From Desulfonatronovibrionaceae bacterium (lineage in GTDB: Bacteria > Desulfobacterota > Desulfovibrionia > Desulfovibrionales > Desulfonatronovibrionaceae): DNA of 64,000 nt. Below the pieces are notes generated by a model that saw nothing but the letters and a program-made list of their open reading frames with translations, was not told the DNA's origin and ran no database searches. Below, piece after piece: positions 62,019-64,000 of the stretch. Numbering within the stretch: position 1 is the first letter of the stretch; every line of letters starts with the position of its first letter. The DNA is taken from positions 1 to 64,000 of the forward strand of contig JBKHGE010000007.1 in assembly GCA_046539845.1 (NCBI GenBank). Reading direction: 5' to 3'. The translations under genes were made by a program, and so were the position numbers.

Positions 62019-62303
62019 TTAATTCTCGTTTGGCTGGTTGTCCTGGATATTGTTCCCGGATCCGTGTCCGTTATAGGCCTCGTAAGGGGTGATTTCCTCC
62101 CTGGGGCGTACGGAGATGGCAAAGTCCGGGCAGTGCAGCTCACAGAATCCGCAGTTGGTACATTCCCCGGGACGGACCACTTTCACCTTGCCTTGGCTGT
62201 TGAGCTCCAGGACCCGGGCCGGACAAAAGGCTACACATATACCGCATCCCTTGCACCAGTCCTTGTACACAGTAACCTGGGTTTGACCCTTTTTTTTGCT
62301 CAT
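62019..62303 (-). CDS. 2-oxoacid:ferredoxin oxidoreductase delta subunit (2x4Fe-4S)
   Basis: CKGCGICVAFCP, CTNCGFCELHCP. Confidence 0.9.
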   Translation of the reverse strand: MSKKKGQTQVTVYKDWCKGCGICVAFCPARVLELNSQGKVKVVRPGECTNCGFCELHCPDFAISVRPREEITPYEAYNGHGSGNNIQDNQPNEN

Positions 62304-62509
62304 ATCTTACTCATATTTTTGACAAAGTTAGCATAGAATAATAAAAGCTTGCCATGATATTTACGCTGAAGTAGTTTTTTTGCGTTTCAATATCTGCACT
62401 CAGGGTGTTTTGTCCCAGCAAAACACCTGCCGACCACCCCCTTTGCGCCGCATGGCGATAGTGTTGGCTAATTCGGGCCCTTAACGCATGCATACGGGAT
62501 TGGCAACAG

Positions 62510-63538
62510 ATGAGAGTCAAAAAAAAGTATATAAGTGAACTTTGCGAAGGTCAGAAACTGGAAGATCTATTTACCCTGGGCAGGGCCAGAAGGGCCCAGG
62601 CCAGAAATGGACCTTATTGGCAGCTGGTTCTGGTGGACAGGACAGGGGAGATGAATGCCCGGATATGGAGCCCGGCCAGTCAGAACTACGCCGTGCTTAA
62701 GGAAGAGAGTATTGTTTTTGTCCGCGGGGTGGTCCAGGCCTTTGGCCAGGAATTGCAGCTGAATATTGAGCATCTGGAGACCGTGGATCCGGCCGAGGCG
62801 GATTGGAAGGAATTTTTGCCGGTCTCCGACCCTCCCCCGGAAGAGCTGTTTGCTCAGCTTTGCGATTTTCTGCATCACAATCTGCAGTACAAGCCCTGGA
62901 GAAATTTATACCGCCGAATCTTCCGGGACGAGGAGATAAAACAGGCCATGCTCAACGCCCCGGGCGGGAAGAGTATCCATCACGCCTATATGGGCGGTCT
63001 TCTGGAGCACACCCTGGCAGTTTGCAGGATCTGCAAACAGTGCGCCGGGATATATCCGGAGCTGGATTCGGATATCCTTCTTTTGGCCGCTGCCGTGCAC
63101 GACCTGGGCAAGGCCTATGAGATAACCCCGGGGCTAAGCCGGACCTATACCGACGCGGGGCAGCTGCTCGGGCATATAATCCTTGGACTGCAGGTTTTGG
63201 AACCGTATCTGGAAAAGAGCAGGGACCTGGATCCGGAACTCATTTTGCATCTCCGGCATATAATCGTCAGTCATCACGGTGAATTTGAATACGGATCACC
63301 GAAGCGGCCCAAAACCAGAGAGGCGTTTGTCCTGCATTATGCGGATAATATGGACGCCAAGCTGAACACTCTGCGCGGCTCATACGCGGATCTGGATTCA
63401 AAGGAGGGCGAAAGATGGACCGGTTTCAACCGCCCCCTGGGCAGGTATCTGTATCACCCGGTCCCCTCTCCGAGCCCGGAGAAAAAACAAGCCAAAAAGA
63501 AAAAGGACGGGCCATGTTTATTACCTTTGAAGGAGTAG
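62510..63538 (+). CDS. YhaM-like OB-fold/HD 3'-5' exoribonuclease
   Basis: LVDRTG, HHAY.GGLLEHT, HDLGK, SHHG. Confidence 0.9.
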   Translation: MRVKKKYISELCEGQKLEDLFTLGRARRAQARNGPYWQLVLVDRTGEMNARIWSPASQNYAVLKEESIVFVRGVVQAFGQELQLNIEHLETVDPAEADWKEFLPVSDPPPEELFAQLCDFLHHNLQYKPWRNLYRRIFRDEEIKQAMLNAPGGKSIHHAYMGGLLEHTLAVCRICKQCAGIYPELDSDILLLAAAVHDLGKAYEITPGLSRTYTDAGQLLGHIILGLQVLEPYLEKSRDLDPELILHLRHIIVSHHGEFEYGSPKRPKTREAFVLHYADNMDAKLNTLRGSYADLDSKEGERWTGFNRPLGRYLYHPVPSPSPEKKQAKKKKDGPCLLPLKE

Positions 63539-64000
63539 AGGGCTGCGGCAAGTCCACCCAGGTGGGCCTTCTCCGGGAAAGGCTGGAGAAGAGTGGACAG
63601 GAGGTGGTCACCACCCGGGAACCCGGTGGGAGCCGTCTGGGCAGCAATTTACGCCGCATCCTCCTTTCTGTGGACAGCAGCGACCTGACCAGGGAGGCGG
63701 AACTGTTTTTATATATGGCTGATCGGGCCCAACACGTGCATCAAGTCATTGCCCCTGCTTTGGATAAAGGCAAAACAGTAATTTCCGACCGCTATGCGGA
63801 TTCTACTGTGGTCTACCAGGGCTACGGCCGGGGGTTGGATCCCAGTATACTGCACAGTTTCAATGATGTGGCAGTGCGTGAACTCTGGCCCGGGCTCACT
63901 TTTTTATTGGATTTGAATCCGGAGATGGGCCTTAAACGGGCCTGGGCCAGAAATATAAAGGACAATCTGGCTCGCGAGGAAGGCCGGTTTGAGGCCGAGG
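63514..64000 (+). CDS. tmk: Thymidylate kinase (runs off window end; not in ORF track)
   Basis: Manual translation [16 protein letters not shown]...TREPGG...ADRAQHV...SDRY.DS. Confidence 0.95.
   Translation, partial: MFITFEGVEGCGKSTQVGLLRERLEKSGQEVVTTREPGGSRLGSNLRRILLSVDSSDLTREAELFLYMADRAQHVHQVIAPALDKGKTVISDRYADSTVVYQGYGRGLDPSILHSFNDVAVRELWPGLTFLLDLNPEMGLKRAWARNIKDNLAREEGRFEAE

Overview
This 64 kb window is chromosomal DNA from a sulfate-reducing Desulfovibrionales-type bacterium, inferred from gene content and order; an osmoprotectant transporter hints at a saline habitat. The left ~22 kb is accessory: a YefM/YoeB toxin-antitoxin pair, a RAYT/IS200-like HUH transposase bracketed by a perfect 20-bp inverted repeat, two diguanylate cyclases, a cooF-cooS-cooC CO dehydrogenase operon, a YehZYXW/OsmF-type ABC transporter and a eukaryote-type hexokinase. 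The rest is mostly core genes: cysS, ispDF, rnpB, tRNA-CAT, rsmD-coaD-miaA, an envelope cluster with a decayed spoIID-like gene, tatA, divIVA, ilvBNC, a PilB-like ATPase, gap, fba, surE, 2-oxoacid:ferredoxin oxidoreductase, yhaM-like and tmk. The most striking observation is the RNase P RNA gene. It is about 560 nt long because two ~90%-identical copies of a ~113-bp palindromic (MITE/REPIN-like) element form helices P12 and P19. Short hairpins with the same termini occur elsewhere in the window (23347, 7535), so a repeat family appears to be colonising structured RNA and terminators. All calls come from motif recognition by eye; no database searches were run.
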